Positions 18,359 through 28,359 of a stretch of 64,000 nucleotides of DNA are shown in pieces (the first letter of the stretch is position 1; each line of letters begins with the position of its first letter). The position numbers were made by a program, and so were the translations under genes. The DNA comes from a virus. The notes below the pieces were generated by a model. The model did not search any database, was not told the origin of the DNA, and saw only the letters and a list, made by a program, of their open reading frames with translations. The stretch spans positions 25,573 through 89,572 of IMG/VR virus record IMGVR_UViG_3300031787_000044; one strand, 5' to 3'.

Positions 18359-19264
18359 ATGGCAATACGTATAACAAAAGATAAACTTGAAAGTATTGAC
18401 ATTACAGACACGTTTCAAGGTGAAGTAAGCGGTTATACTTCAGGGGGAGCAGACCCCGGCAACGTTAATACAATTGATAAATTTTCTTTTTCCGCTGATG
18501 CTAATGCAACTGACGTAGGAGATCTCACGCAAGCTCGCCGAGGCCCCGGCGGCCAATCAAGTACCATATCTGGTTATACTTCTGGTGGTTATACACCGTC
18601 TCGCGTAAACACTATTGATAAATTTCCATTCGCAGCAGACGCAAATGCCACTGACGTCGGTGATCTTACACAAGCAAGAGATAGAGTGGTAGGTCAATCA
18701 AGTACCATATCAGGTTACTCTTCAGGGGGAACAAACCCCGCCGCTGTTAATACAATTGACAAATTTCCATTTGCATCTAATGCAAACGCCACTGACGTAG
18801 GCGATTTAACTCAAGCTAGGTCTAGAGCAGCAGGACAGTCAAGCGACGTATCAGGTTATACATCTGGAGATGGCGCAGCGCCGCTATATAACGTAATTGA
18901 TAAATTTCCCTTTGCTTCAAATGCAAATGCTACTGACGTAGGAGATCTCACACAAGGAAGATTTAATGGTATTGCAGGCCAATCAAGTACCATATCAGGT
19001 TACGCTTCAGGGGGAGGAAACCCCACCAACGTTAATACAATTGATAAATTTTCTTTTTCCGCTGATGCAAATGCCACTGACGTCGGTGATTTAACTCAAG
19101 CAAGAAGTTTTGTAGCAGGTCAATCAAGTACATCATCAGGTTATGCGTCTGGAGGAGGAACCTCAAACGTAATAGACAAGTTTCCATTTGCATCTAATGC
19201 AAACGCAACAGACGTCGGAGATCTTACACAAGCAAGAACTGGATCGGCGGGTCAACAGGTGTAA
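18359..19264 (+). CDS. Six-repeat kelch-like beta-propeller protein, paralog 6
   Basis: Same six repeats; short N-terminus; ends AGQQV. Confidence 0.75.
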   Translation: MAIRITKDKLESIDITDTFQGEVSGYTSGGADPGNVNTIDKFSFSADANATDVGDLTQARRGPGGQSSTISGYTSGGYTPSRVNTIDKFPFAADANATDVGDLTQARDRVVGQSSTISGYSSGGTNPAAVNTIDKFPFASNANATDVGDLTQARSRAAGQSSDVSGYTSGDGAAPLYNVIDKFPFASNANATDVGDLTQGRFNGIAGQSSTISGYASGGGNPTNVNTIDKFSFSADANATDVGDLTQARSFVAGQSSTSSGYASGGGTSNVIDKFPFASNANATDVGDLTQARTGSAGQQV

Positions 19265-19334
19265 AACACCTACTACTTTCTTTTATGACAGCACGAGAGT
19301 ACTCAAACGATTACCAAGGAAGAGTACTCCGCAT

Positions 19335-19342
19335 TATAAATA
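19335..19342 (+). promoter_or_regulatory. Late promoter
   Basis: TATAAATA upstream of the dehydratase. Confidence 0.7.
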
Positions 19343-19377
19343 AATGTACTGAAACACTTTTATTATGAGGTTAAATT

Positions 19378-20403
19378 ATGAAAAGAATTTTGATTACCGG
19401 TGGTGCTGGGTTTATCGCACATCATCTTGTCAATAAGGTGCTGAAAGAGACTGATTGGGAGGTCGTGACTCTCGATAGATTGGACTACAGCGGAAACCTT
19501 AACCGCCTCCACGACTCACTACAGGAGTTCGACGCAGAGACTCGTAAGAGAGTAAAGGTAGTCTTTCACGACCTAAAGGCGGACATGAATCCGCTCGTTC
19601 GAGCCGAAGTAGGGCGCGTGGACTACATTGCCCATCTTGCTGCTGGATCTCACGTGGATCGTTCGATAGATTATCCTATGGAATTTGTCCTTGACAATGT
19701 TGTAGGAACCTGCAATATTCTCGAATTCGCAAGGTCACAGAAGGATCATCTTGCTCGCTTTATCTACTTTAGTACGGATGAGGTCTTTGGACCAGCACCC
19801 GATGGTATTAAGTATAAAGAGAACGATCGTTACAACTCAACGAATCCTTACAGTGCGTCAAAAGCCGGTGGTGAAGAACTCGCTGTAGCCTACGAGAACA
19901 CATACGGTCTTCCTATCTATATCACACATACGATGAACGTGTTTGGCCAGAGACAGCATCCTGAGAAGTACATTCCCATGTGTATTAAGAGAGCGAGGGA
20001 TGGAGAAAGGATCACCATTCACAGCGATAGAACAAAGACGATCGCCGGATCTCGTCACTATATACACGCAGAGGACGTAGCAGACGCAGTTCTATTCCTA
20101 CTCAATAACGAGTTTGATCTAAAGAGCGAGTGGGGTGGAGCTAAGTGCCCAAAGTTCAATATCGTTGGAGCAGAAGAGATCGACAACTACGAGCTCGCAA
20201 AGATCATCGCTGATGCGCAGGGTAAGGAATTGGTCTACGAGTTTGTTGATTTTCACTCGAGCCGACCAGGACACGATCTTCGTTATGCGTTGGATGGAAA
20301 TAAGATGAAGGAACTTGGTTGGGAACCATCAAAGTCCGTTCGTGAAAGAATTGCAGAAGTTGTAAACTGGACTCTCGAGAACGATAGATGGCTCGTGTCT
20401 TAA
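19378..20403 (+). CDS. rmlB: dTDP/NDP-glucose 4,6-dehydratase (extended SDR)
   Basis: ITGGAGFI, HLAAGSHVDRSI, STDEVFG, YSASK, RPGHDLRYA. Confidence 0.85.
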   Translation: MKRILITGGAGFIAHHLVNKVLKETDWEVVTLDRLDYSGNLNRLHDSLQEFDAETRKRVKVVFHDLKADMNPLVRAEVGRVDYIAHLAAGSHVDRSIDYPMEFVLDNVVGTCNILEFARSQKDHLARFIYFSTDEVFGPAPDGIKYKENDRYNSTNPYSASKAGGEELAVAYENTYGLPIYITHTMNVFGQRQHPEKYIPMCIKRARDGERITIHSDRTKTIAGSRHYIHAEDVADAVLFLLNNEFDLKSEWGGAKCPKFNIVGAEEIDNYELAKIIADAQGKELVYEFVDFHSSRPGHDLRYALDGNKMKELGWEPSKSVRERIAEVVNWTLENDRWLVS

Positions 20404-20453
20404 CGCATTAAAATATTACCGACTCTATATGAAAGTTGAGGACTTATTTTTTT

Positions 20454-20461
20454 TATAAATA
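20454..20461 (+). promoter_or_regulatory. Late promoter
   Basis: TATAAATA. Confidence 0.7.
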
Positions 20462-20490
20462 AGGTAAACAACAGTTAGAGCTCGGTTAGT

Positions 20491-20832
20491 ATGCCTACGC
20501 AAGCAAACTTATATGTAGATCATGGAACAGATTTTGGAATAAATCTAGAATTAACTGCTGAAGTTAATCAAGGTGATGTGTTTGTTATAAACGACAAATC
20601 TTTCTTCTGCAATATCAGAAAGCATTATTCTACGAGTATCGTGGCAAATGCTGAGATAACGATACTCGAATCTGCAACGAACTCTATAGAATTCTTTTTA
20701 TCCGGCGAGTCGACTAGCAACCTGGATACTGGAAATTATGTTTATGATGTTATGATGGTAAGTCCATCTGGTGCAAGAACAAAAATTCTTGAAAGTCTAT
20801 TAAAGATAGTTCCAACGGTAACAGAAACATGA
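20491..20832 (+). CDS. Small virion structural protein of T4-like phages
   Basis: ANLYVDHGTDF...GNYVYDV...RTKILE pattern; follows a late promoter. Confidence 0.55.
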   Translation: MPTQANLYVDHGTDFGINLELTAEVNQGDVFVINDKSFFCNIRKHYSTSIVANAEITILESATNSIEFFLSGESTSNLDTGNYVYDVMMVSPSGARTKILESLLKIVPTVTET

Positions 20833-21041
20833 TCACGAACAGAGAAGACATAAAGATTTTTGTAAACCAAAAGACAGGTATTGTTACTAGGTCTATATTT
20901 GATCTCGCGGACGTGAATTTAATAGGCATAGCAAACAATGAAGTATTAGTTTACGATGGTGCTTCAGGAAAAATAGTTCCTTCGGATATATCCACAATTC
21001 TGTCTGTCGGTTTAGAACAAGTTGATGGCGGTGTATTTTAA
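20829..21041 (+). CDS. Hypothetical (fibre-associated) protein
   Basis: ATGA overlap; DLADV...NNEVLVYD; ends VDGGVF. Confidence 0.5.
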   Translation: MITNREDIKIFVNQKTGIVTRSIFDLADVNLIGIANNEVLVYDGASGKIVPSDISTILSVGLEQVDGGVF

Positions 21042-21043
21042 TT

Positions 21044-21051
21044 TATAAATA
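21044..21051 (+). promoter_or_regulatory. Late promoter
   Basis: TATAAATA. Confidence 0.7.
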
Positions 21052-21085
21052 TCAGAGTATTTAAAAACTTCGAGGTATAAGAACA

Positions 21086-22708
21086 GTGGCTACAATAAAG
21101 CACAAAAGATCTAGTGAACCAGGTAGAGTTCCTACGCTAAATCAACTCGAGTTTGGTGAACTTGCGATCAATACCTATGACGGTAATATCTACACCAAGA
21201 TAGAGCGCGAAGGTGTAGCTGAAATAGTAAAGTACACCTCGACAAATCCAGTCGAAAACGTGTACTATGTTCAAAAGAACGGAAGCGACGCGAATAATGT
21301 AACTGGTACGACTTGGGATGACGCATTTCTTACGGTAGAAAGAGCTATTGAAGCTGCTAACGAAAGAGACGGAGCTTTAACTCTCATTGACGTTGGTCCA
21401 GGCGAGTACATAACTCAAGGTCATATCGACGTTCCTGATAACTGCTTACTACGCACCGTTCACAGGGCTGCTATTTTTAAGCCAGCATCAGGATACGAAG
21501 AAAGAAACGTTCTCAGATTAGGATCTGGCTGTTTCATTGAAGGATTCGTCTTTGAAGGTTGGAGACTCAACAGCCTCGACAACCCAACTGAAGGATTTGC
21601 AGTATCATTTAGACCAGGTGCGGTCATTCGTAGAGCTCCATACGTCCATAAGTGCGTGGTTAGAACCACACCTTTCTGGGATACTGTAGCACCACCGTTG
21701 GATAGAGATAACGCTAACCCGCTCGTTGGAAGAGGAGCTGGAGTTATCCTAGCTGACGGTTCGGTTTGTTCTCAGTACAGCATATATCCAAACATCATGG
21801 CATGGGGTGCAACACCAGTTTCTCACAACGGTATTGGATACTGTGCTAAAAATGGCGCGCTAATTAACGCGGTAAACGCGATTAGTCTCTGGGCTCATAA
21901 ACATTTTCTCGCTCTTGCTGGCGGACAGATCATTCTGTCTGCGTGCTCCACGCAGTTTGGTGATTATACGATGGTCGCAAGCGGAACTAGAAATATTGTA
22001 GTTCCAACTGAAGTAGCTGATGGAACTCTATCGATACAGACCGCTGCGTATCAAGCTATCGACGCTTCGGCTAATACTATCATTGATGCGATGTGGACAG
22101 ATCTACAGTCAAACGGGTACACTACTGGGTGGAACGCAGAAGATGAAGTATTTACAAGAAGAGACGCGAGAAACGTTCTTCAATCTGTAGAGTGGGTTCT
22201 ACAAACAGCAAACGAAAAGCCTATGCTCGACTTTGCTAAAGGATTATTTACAACAACTGGAACGAAAGCATATTCTATCGATAAAGAACCAGCATTCATA
22301 CGTTCGTTTCAGTTCATGAGAGATGCAATCATCGCACTTCCTAATGTGAATTCTACTGCGGATGGTATTGTTTCAGCATTGTTCGCAGCATTAATTAATA
22401 CGATTCAAAATACCGTTACAATCGCAGAACCTTCTACGATTACTGCGATAGGTCATACGTGGTCTGCTCTTATGTCCGGTGTTGCTTTGACTAAGATACC
22501 ACCAGCAAGAAACGCAACTACGATAGAAGAAAGCATATTAGAATTAAATAACGGTCAAGTTATTGCATCGGGGCAAGACGACCAGGGTTCAGCATTGTTC
22601 GTTGGAGGAATGAGAATCGACGCAGACACTGGAGAGCTATCGGGCCCGCCATTCGATCAAGCAGTAAATAGAATTGCCACAAGAGCAGCAATCGCAAGGA
22701 GTTTTTAA
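21086..22708 (+). CDS. Virion structural protein (fibre module 2 base protein)
   Basis: N-terminal IKHKRSS.PGRVP...GELAINTYDG fibre-type motif; YYVQKNGSD motif; C-terminus paralogous to 1..1623. Confidence 0.65.
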   Translation: MATIKHKRSSEPGRVPTLNQLEFGELAINTYDGNIYTKIEREGVAEIVKYTSTNPVENVYYVQKNGSDANNVTGTTWDDAFLTVERAIEAANERDGALTLIDVGPGEYITQGHIDVPDNCLLRTVHRAAIFKPASGYEERNVLRLGSGCFIEGFVFEGWRLNSLDNPTEGFAVSFRPGAVIRRAPYVHKCVVRTTPFWDTVAPPLDRDNANPLVGRGAGVILADGSVCSQYSIYPNIMAWGATPVSHNGIGYCAKNGALINAVNAISLWAHKHFLALAGGQIILSACSTQFGDYTMVASGTRNIVVPTEVADGTLSIQTAAYQAIDASANTIIDAMWTDLQSNGYTTGWNAEDEVFTRRDARNVLQSVEWVLQTANEKPMLDFAKGLFTTTGTKAYSIDKEPAFIRSFQFMRDAIIALPNVNSTADGIVSALFAALINTIQNTVTIAEPSTITAIGHTWSALMSGVALTKIPPARNATTIEESILELNNGQVIASGQDDQGSALFVGGMRIDADTGELSGPPFDQAVNRIATRAAIARSF

Positions 22709-22711
22709 ATA

Positions 22712-23176
22712 ATGGCACGCATTACATGTAGAACACCGTCTACAGGAAAACCATTAAGAATTATTCAGAGTAACGTATCAAATACGTATATAACGATAGC
22801 CGAAGCACCCGACTTTTCAGTTCCAGACGCTTCGAGTAAGTTTCCTGACCGCGACCCAACGAATGCAACACGAGCAATACGCCCAGGAGAAATATTTTTC
22901 TTAACGCCAATGGCCGCAAAAAATAAAGACACCGAGGACAGATGGATCGAAACCATTCTTGTCACCGAGGATGACGAAACAATAGAAGTTGCAACGGTTA
23001 CGGTTCCAGCTGGTGATACCGCTCTTATTCCACTACAAGGTAGAAGCCTACTTAAAAGGACGGCAAACAACTCATCTGGTGATACACTGCAGATAAGAGC
23101 AGAGATCTCAGGCGTATTCGATATATGGATATCTGCAGAAGAAAAACTATCAAACGAACACGTTGGGGTTGAATAA
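22712..23176 (+). CDS. Small structural/adaptor protein, paralog of 1620..2042
   Basis: Sequence similarity and the same position in the module. Confidence 0.6.
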   Translation: MARITCRTPSTGKPLRIIQSNVSNTYITIAEAPDFSVPDASSKFPDRDPTNATRAIRPGEIFFLTPMAAKNKDTEDRWIETILVTEDDETIEVATVTVPAGDTALIPLQGRSLLKRTANNSSGDTLQIRAEISGVFDIWISAEEKLSNEHVGVE

Positions 23177-23178
23177 AA

Positions 23179-25161
23179 ATGGTAAAATTAGTATCCGATT
23201 ATACCGTATCTAATAGGATAGTAAAAACTCCTTCTACTGAAGTGTCTCCTGAAAGATATAGGTACGTTAATTTAGCTGAAACGGAGCCGGATCTTGGTGT
23301 TCCTCAGGCAAACGGATATATTCTTACATCGAATACTATTGGAACCAGAGCTTGGATAGACGGTTCTACAATATTTGGGCAACAGGGTATTCAGGGTATA
23401 CAGGGTATTCAAGGAAGCTTTGGTCAGCAAGGTATACAAGGTCTTCAGGGTACAAAGGGAGATCCATTTAAGGTTCTTGGATCCGTTCCTGACGTAAATG
23501 TGAATCCACCAAACAATCCTCAGACTACATTAAGCGCGGCCTTTCCAAGTCCATCTCTTGCAGATGGTGTTATTGATGAGGCGACATTTGATCTTTGGGT
23601 TTGGAATGGTACATCTTGGATAAACACAGGAGATATCGTTGGACCTCAGGGTATTCAAGGTATTCAGGGTCGTCAAGGTATCACCGGATCTCAAGGTGTA
23701 CAAGGTATTCAGGGATCTCAGGGTGATCAGGGTATTCAAGGTACTACTGGTGACCAAGGTATTCAAGGTACTGGAGGACTCGGTACACAGGGTGTTCAGG
23801 GTATCACTGGATCTCAAGGTGTTCAGGGTATTACCGGCGAACAAGGTATACAAGGCACTCAAGGTGCTCAGGGCACTACTGGTGAACAAGGTATACAAGG
23901 TATTAGTGGTACTGGGAACCAAGGGCCACAGGGCACTCAAGGCACTACTGGTGAACAGGGTATACAAGGTGTTCAGGGCGTCCAGGGTATTCAGGGTACT
24001 TCAATCCAGGGTATCCAGGGTATCGCTGGATCTCAAGGCGTTCAAGGTATCCAAGGTATAGACGGTACACTAGGATCTCAAGGCGAGCAGGGTATCCAGG
24101 GTATTCAGGGTATCACTGGTTCGCAAGGTATACAAGGTATTCAGGGTACTGCTATTCAGGGCATTCAAGGTATCCAGGGTATCACTGGATCTCAAGGCGT
24201 TCAAGGTATCCAAGGTATAGACGGTACACTAGGATCTCAAGGCGAGCAGGGTATCCAGGGTATCACCGGATCTCAAGGTGTACAAGGTATCCAAGGTATA
24301 GACGGTACACTAGGATCTCAAGGTGTTCAAGGTATCCAAGGTATAGACGGTACACTAGGATCTCAAGGCGTTCAAGGTATTCAGGGTATTCAGGGTACTG
24401 CTATTCAAGGTATTCAGGGTATCCAGGGTATCACTGGATCTCAAGGTGTTCAAGGTATTCAAGGTATAGACGGTACGCTTGGTTCTCAAGGCATTCAAGG
24501 TATCCAGGGTATCACTGGATCTCAAGGCGAGCAGGGTATCCAGGGTATCACTGGATCTCAAGGCGTTCAAGGCATTCAAGGTATCCAGGGTATCACTGGA
24601 TCTCAAGGTGTTCAAGGTATTCAAGGAACCCAAGGTATCCAAGGTATTCAAGGTATTCAGGGTCGTCAAGGTATCACCGGATCTCAAGGCGTTCAAGGTA
24701 TTCAAGGTATTCAAGGGCCGGCGTCTGCTTCTGCTTCAGCAACAGATCTTCAAGCAACAAATAATACTTCTACGAACGCAAGCTTCTACCCAGTCTTCGT
24801 TGCAAACGTTGGATCTGTTCAAACAGTCAATGCTGCCGATACAAAACTTTATTTCAATCCAAGTACCGGAACACTCAACGCGACAAACTTTAACTCTCTA
24901 TCAGACATTACTTATAAAGAAAATATCGAAAAGATACCAAACAGTATAGAGATGCTAAATGCAATACAGACATATTCGTTCAACTGGAAAGATAATAAGA
25001 ACAAGAGCTACGGGGTAATCGCGCAAGAGTTAGAAAAGGTTATGCCAGAACTCGTAGAAAAAAACGCTAACGGCGATAAGACAGTTTCTTATATGCCTTT
25101 GATCGCAATCGTTATTGAAGCAATAAAGAAGTTAGATGATAAGATCGAAGGTAAAATATAA
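23179..25161 (+). CDS. Collagen-like fibre with C-terminal S74 chaperone
   Basis: G-X-Q tracts; the ~60 aa before NSLSD are nearly identical to those of 2032..4731. Confidence 0.85.
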   Translation: MVKLVSDYTVSNRIVKTPSTEVSPERYRYVNLAETEPDLGVPQANGYILTSNTIGTRAWIDGSTIFGQQGIQGIQGIQGSFGQQGIQGLQGTKGDPFKVLGSVPDVNVNPPNNPQTTLSAAFPSPSLADGVIDEATFDLWVWNGTSWINTGDIVGPQGIQGIQGRQGITGSQGVQGIQGSQGDQGIQGTTGDQGIQGTGGLGTQGVQGITGSQGVQGITGEQGIQGTQGAQGTTGEQGIQGISGTGNQGPQGTQGTTGEQGIQGVQGVQGIQGTSIQGIQGIAGSQGVQGIQGIDGTLGSQGEQGIQGIQGITGSQGIQGIQGTAIQGIQGIQGITGSQGVQGIQGIDGTLGSQGEQGIQGITGSQGVQGIQGIDGTLGSQGVQGIQGIDGTLGSQGVQGIQGIQGTAIQGIQGIQGITGSQGVQGIQGIDGTLGSQGIQGIQGITGSQGEQGIQGITGSQGVQGIQGIQGITGSQGVQGIQGTQGIQGIQGIQGRQGITGSQGVQGIQGIQGPASASASATDLQATNNTSTNASFYPVFVANVGSVQTVNAADTKLYFNPSTGTLNATNFNSLSDITYKENIEKIPNSIEMLNAIQTYSFNWKDNKNKSYGVIAQELEKVMPELVEKNANGDKTVSYMPLIAIVIEAIKKLDDKIEGKI

Positions 25162-25351
25162 TGGCGCTTAACTTTTCAACATCTCAGAGTTTAGATCTAA
25201 TACACCACCAAGATGGCACGTCCTATGAGTGGACCGGTTCAAAGTGGCGTAGAATCGATACTTTTGAAACGCGATATACAGACAAGCTCTGAGAGACGTT
25301 ACAACTCAAGATGGATTTTCTTACACTGTTACTTGGCCTACGAAACCTTAA
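25161..25351 (+). pseudogene. Deletion scar: fibre N-terminus joined out of frame to a tail-fibre assembly chaperone C-terminus
   Basis: 25161..25292 reads [31 protein letters not shown]...; the -1 frame at 25271..25351 reads AIYRQALRDVTTQDGFSYTVTWPTKP*. Confidence 0.65.
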
Positions 25352-25365
25352 CACTGTTCTAAACG

Positions 25366-25373
25366 TATAAATA
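25366..25373 (+). promoter_or_regulatory. Late promoter
   Basis: TATAAATA upstream of the sugar-modification operon. Confidence 0.7.
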
Positions 25374-25419
25374 ATATTAAGAAAGATGATGATAATTTGA
25401 AGTGAGGTGAAACTATATA

Positions 25420-26490
25420 ATGTCTTTTTTTGAAAACACCAAGAACGGAACAGAAGTAGAAAATATATACAATTACGAAAACGATCGTAGTTTTGCAAAA
25501 ACAGTACTAGAGGATGGTGGAGACATACATCCTCTTATAATTCCATCAAATCTTACGAATGGTACAGGGTTGATGAATCCGTCTATATTGAATATAGACG
25601 GCAAACTCATTGTCAACATTCGTCACGTGAACTATACGTTCTATCACTCAGAGAGAAAACTATTTCAGCACCCTTGGGGTCCTCTTACTTATCTGCATCC
25701 TGAAAACGATATGCATTTAAGAACTGAAAACTATTACTGCGAACTAAACGATTCCTTTGAGATCTCTCGGTTTAATAAGATAGACACAAGTAAGTTTGAC
25801 ACATACTCACCTATGTGGGACTTCGTTGGTCTTGAGGATGCTCGTCTAATGCATTGGAATGGTAAGATCTTTACTTCTGGAGTTCGTAGAGATACGACGA
25901 CGAACGGCCAGGGTAGAATGGAACTCTGTGAGATAGAAGTTCGTAACGACTCAGTAGTAGAAGTAGCGCGCTGGAGAATTCATCCACCGAAGGATAGAAA
26001 TTCTTATTGCGAAAAGAACTGGATGCCGGTTCTAGATCAACCTTACACATACGTAAAGTGGTGTAACCCAGTTGAGATCGTAAAGGTTGACGAAACGCCG
26101 TTGGACGATAAAGTATTCGAGTCAAATTGGGTAGACTCAAAAACGATCCACCTCGGAGAACGTTTAAACTTTTCTCACAAGGATCCACGCGGTGGATCGC
26201 AACTCATACCTTTCGGAGATAACTATCTCGCGCTTACTCACGAGGTCGATCTATTTAAGAGCGAAGTTGGTAGAAAGGATGGGGTGTATCGTCATAGATT
26301 CGTTCTGTTCGATAAAGATTGGAACGTGCTAAAATCTTCAAAAGACTTTTCATTAATGAATGGACATACGGAATTTGCATGCGGTATGTGCCACTATAAA
26401 GATAAGATACTTATTACATTTGGATTTCAGGACAATGCTGCGTACATACTCGAAGTAAATCCTAAATCTATTGAAGACCTATTACTGTGA
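25420..26490 (+). CDS. GH130/DUF377-like beta-propeller glycosidase/phosphorylase
   Basis: MNPSI, GLEDARL, EKNWMP, RGGSQ, EFACG motifs. Confidence 0.65.
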   Translation: MSFFENTKNGTEVENIYNYENDRSFAKTVLEDGGDIHPLIIPSNLTNGTGLMNPSILNIDGKLIVNIRHVNYTFYHSERKLFQHPWGPLTYLHPENDMHLRTENYYCELNDSFEISRFNKIDTSKFDTYSPMWDFVGLEDARLMHWNGKIFTSGVRRDTTTNGQGRMELCEIEVRNDSVVEVARWRIHPPKDRNSYCEKNWMPVLDQPYTYVKWCNPVEIVKVDETPLDDKVFESNWVDSKTIHLGERLNFSHKDPRGGSQLIPFGDNYLALTHEVDLFKSEVGRKDGVYRHRFVLFDKDWNVLKSSKDFSLMNGHTEFACGMCHYKDKILITFGFQDNAAYILEVNPKSIEDLLL

Positions 26491-26505
26491 GAGGACGCAT
26501 ACATT

Positions 26506-28359
26506 ATGAACAGAACTGAAATTATTCAAACTCTCATCGATAAGATAGATGCGAAGAGCTATCTTGAAATTGGAATTTCCGCTGGAGACAACTGGAAAAA
26601 GATACGCTGCGATCGCAAGTTGAGCGTAGATCCAGAACCTCTATCAAAGGCAGATCGCGTTCTTACTTCAGACGAGTTCTTTGAAAAGAACGAAGAAACG
26701 TTTGACGTCATATTCATAGACGGCCTTCATCACGCGGATCAAGTACACAGAGACATAAAGAACTCGCTAGATGTGTTAAACGATGGCGGTTACATCGTAT
26801 GTCACGATTTAAATCCACAGAAGAAGGAACATCAGGTCATACCGTTTACTGGCGGTACTTGGAACGGAGACTGTTGGAGATCCTTCGTAAGCTTGCGTCG
26901 AGATCGAGAAGATCTAGAAATGTTTACTATTGACACCGACCACGGATGTGGCGTTATACGTAAGGGTACTCAAGAAACGTTGGATATACATCCTAGCACC
27001 GACGTAACATATGAAGACTTTGATAAGAATCGTAAAGAATGGTTAAACCTAATTAGCCCAGGTCAATTTAGAAAGATGTTTGGTATGAAAGATCTCAAGT
27101 CTATGATTAAGACATACATCATGGATCCTAGCAATCCCGAGAATAACTGGGACCTTGCTCTACACTACGATGGTCTAGGACAGACAGCATCAGCAGTTTC
27201 ATTCTATATTCGCACGGCCGAAAGAACGAAAGACGATCTGCTAAAGTACGAGTGTTTAATTCGCGCGGCAATGTGTTTTGAAAAGCAAGGGACGCGCAGG
27301 TTTACCGTGAAGGGTATCATACAGCACGCGATCGCAACGAAGCCGCATCGCCCAGAAGGGTACTACCTCCTGAGCCGTTTACACGAAAACGATCCTGGAG
27401 ATGGAAAGTGGTTCGATTCGTTTACGATGGCCTCTATCGGCTATTCATTTGCCGATGGCGAACTCGAACCTCTTAGAACTGAGATAGACTATCCTGGAAA
27501 ATACGCGCTTCTTTTCCAAAAAGCTCATTCTGCATGGTGGTGTGGCCTCGGCGAAGATTCAAGAAGTATTCTAATGGATCTATATCAAAACTATGATCTA
27601 AATGAATACTATCGCAATGCAGTATACCAAAATCTCCTAAGACTCGGTGCGTTTTCTTCTAAGAGTCTTACTCTATACAAGAAAGAGAAACATAAAGATC
27701 TTGCAGTTCAATTCGATGGTTCTGAAAAAATTAGCCAAAATTATTCCGAGGCGTATCAGGATATGTTCGTTCTTACTCTGTTAAAAGGTAAGAGAAACGG
27801 ATCGTATGTTGAGGTTGGATCTGGCCACCCAACTTATGGAAACAACACGTACCTCTTGGAAAAAGACTTTGGCTGGAACGGTGTATCGCTAGATATTAGT
27901 GAGGAGTTCGTAGCGGCGCATAATCAAGAAAGAAAGCATACTTGTGTACTTAAGGACGCAACGACTGTTAACTACGACAAGTTTTTAAACGGTCTTGGAT
28001 TTGGTAAGGACATAGACTACCTTCAGATAGATTGCGATCCTCCTGAGATAAGCTTTAAGGTTCTTCTTTCGATACCATTCGACTCAAGAAGATTTGGTGT
28101 CATTACGTTTGAACACGATCACTACGCGGATCCAACCGGTGGATATAGAGAGAAGGCTAGAAAATACTTAGAGTCATACGGCTACGTTTTGTTCGCGAGT
28201 AATATTTCTCCAGATGAAGATAGACCATATGAAGATTGGTTCGTTCACCCAGATATGATAAATATTAATGAATTTAGTATTCTAATGGATCAAACTGATT
28301 CTACGAAAAAAGCTGAAGATTATATAATGGGTAAGATCAAGAATGGTGAAGCAGCTTAA
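26506..28359 (+). CDS. Multidomain protein: Methyltransf_24 + TPR-like + FkbM-like methyltransferase
   Basis: YLEIG...FDVIFIDGLH...HD; central helical repeats; YSEAYQD...YVEVGS...NNTYLLE...IDYLQID...FEH. Confidence 0.75.
   Translation: MNRTEIIQTLIDKIDAKSYLEIGISAGDNWKKIRCDRKLSVDPEPLSKADRVLTSDEFFEKNEETFDVIFIDGLHHADQVHRDIKNSLDVLNDGGYIVCHDLNPQKKEHQVIPFTGGTWNGDCWRSFVSLRRDREDLEMFTIDTDHGCGVIRKGTQETLDIHPSTDVTYEDFDKNRKEWLNLISPGQFRKMFGMKDLKSMIKTYIMDPSNPENNWDLALHYDGLGQTASAVSFYIRTAERTKDDLLKYECLIRAAMCFEKQGTRRFTVKGIIQHAIATKPHRPEGYYLLSRLHENDPGDGKWFDSFTMASIGYSFADGELEPLRTEIDYPGKYALLFQKAHSAWWCGLGEDSRSILMDLYQNYDLNEYYRNAVYQNLLRLGAFSSKSLTLYKKEKHKDLAVQFDGSEKISQNYSEAYQDMFVLTLLKGKRNGSYVEVGSGHPTYGNNTYLLEKDFGWNGVSLDISEEFVAAHNQERKHTCVLKDATTVNYDKFLNGLGFGKDIDYLQIDCDPPEISFKVLLSIPFDSRRFGVITFEHDHYADPTGGYREKARKYLESYGYVLFASNISPDEDRPYEDWFVHPDMININEFSILMDQTDSTKKAEDYIMGKIKNGEAA

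Noticed and set aside
7727-19264. CRISPR array or diversity-generating retroelement as an explanation for the conserved/variable alternation
   Set aside because: The repeats are in-frame coding units with synonymous variation. There is no reverse transcriptase or cas gene in the window and no adenine-specific TR/VR pair was seen.
25260-25292. Programmed -1 frameshift producing a fibre-chaperone fusion
   Set aside because: No X XXY YYZ slippery site between the -1 frame stop at 25265 and the 0-frame stop; a deletion scar is the simpler reading.
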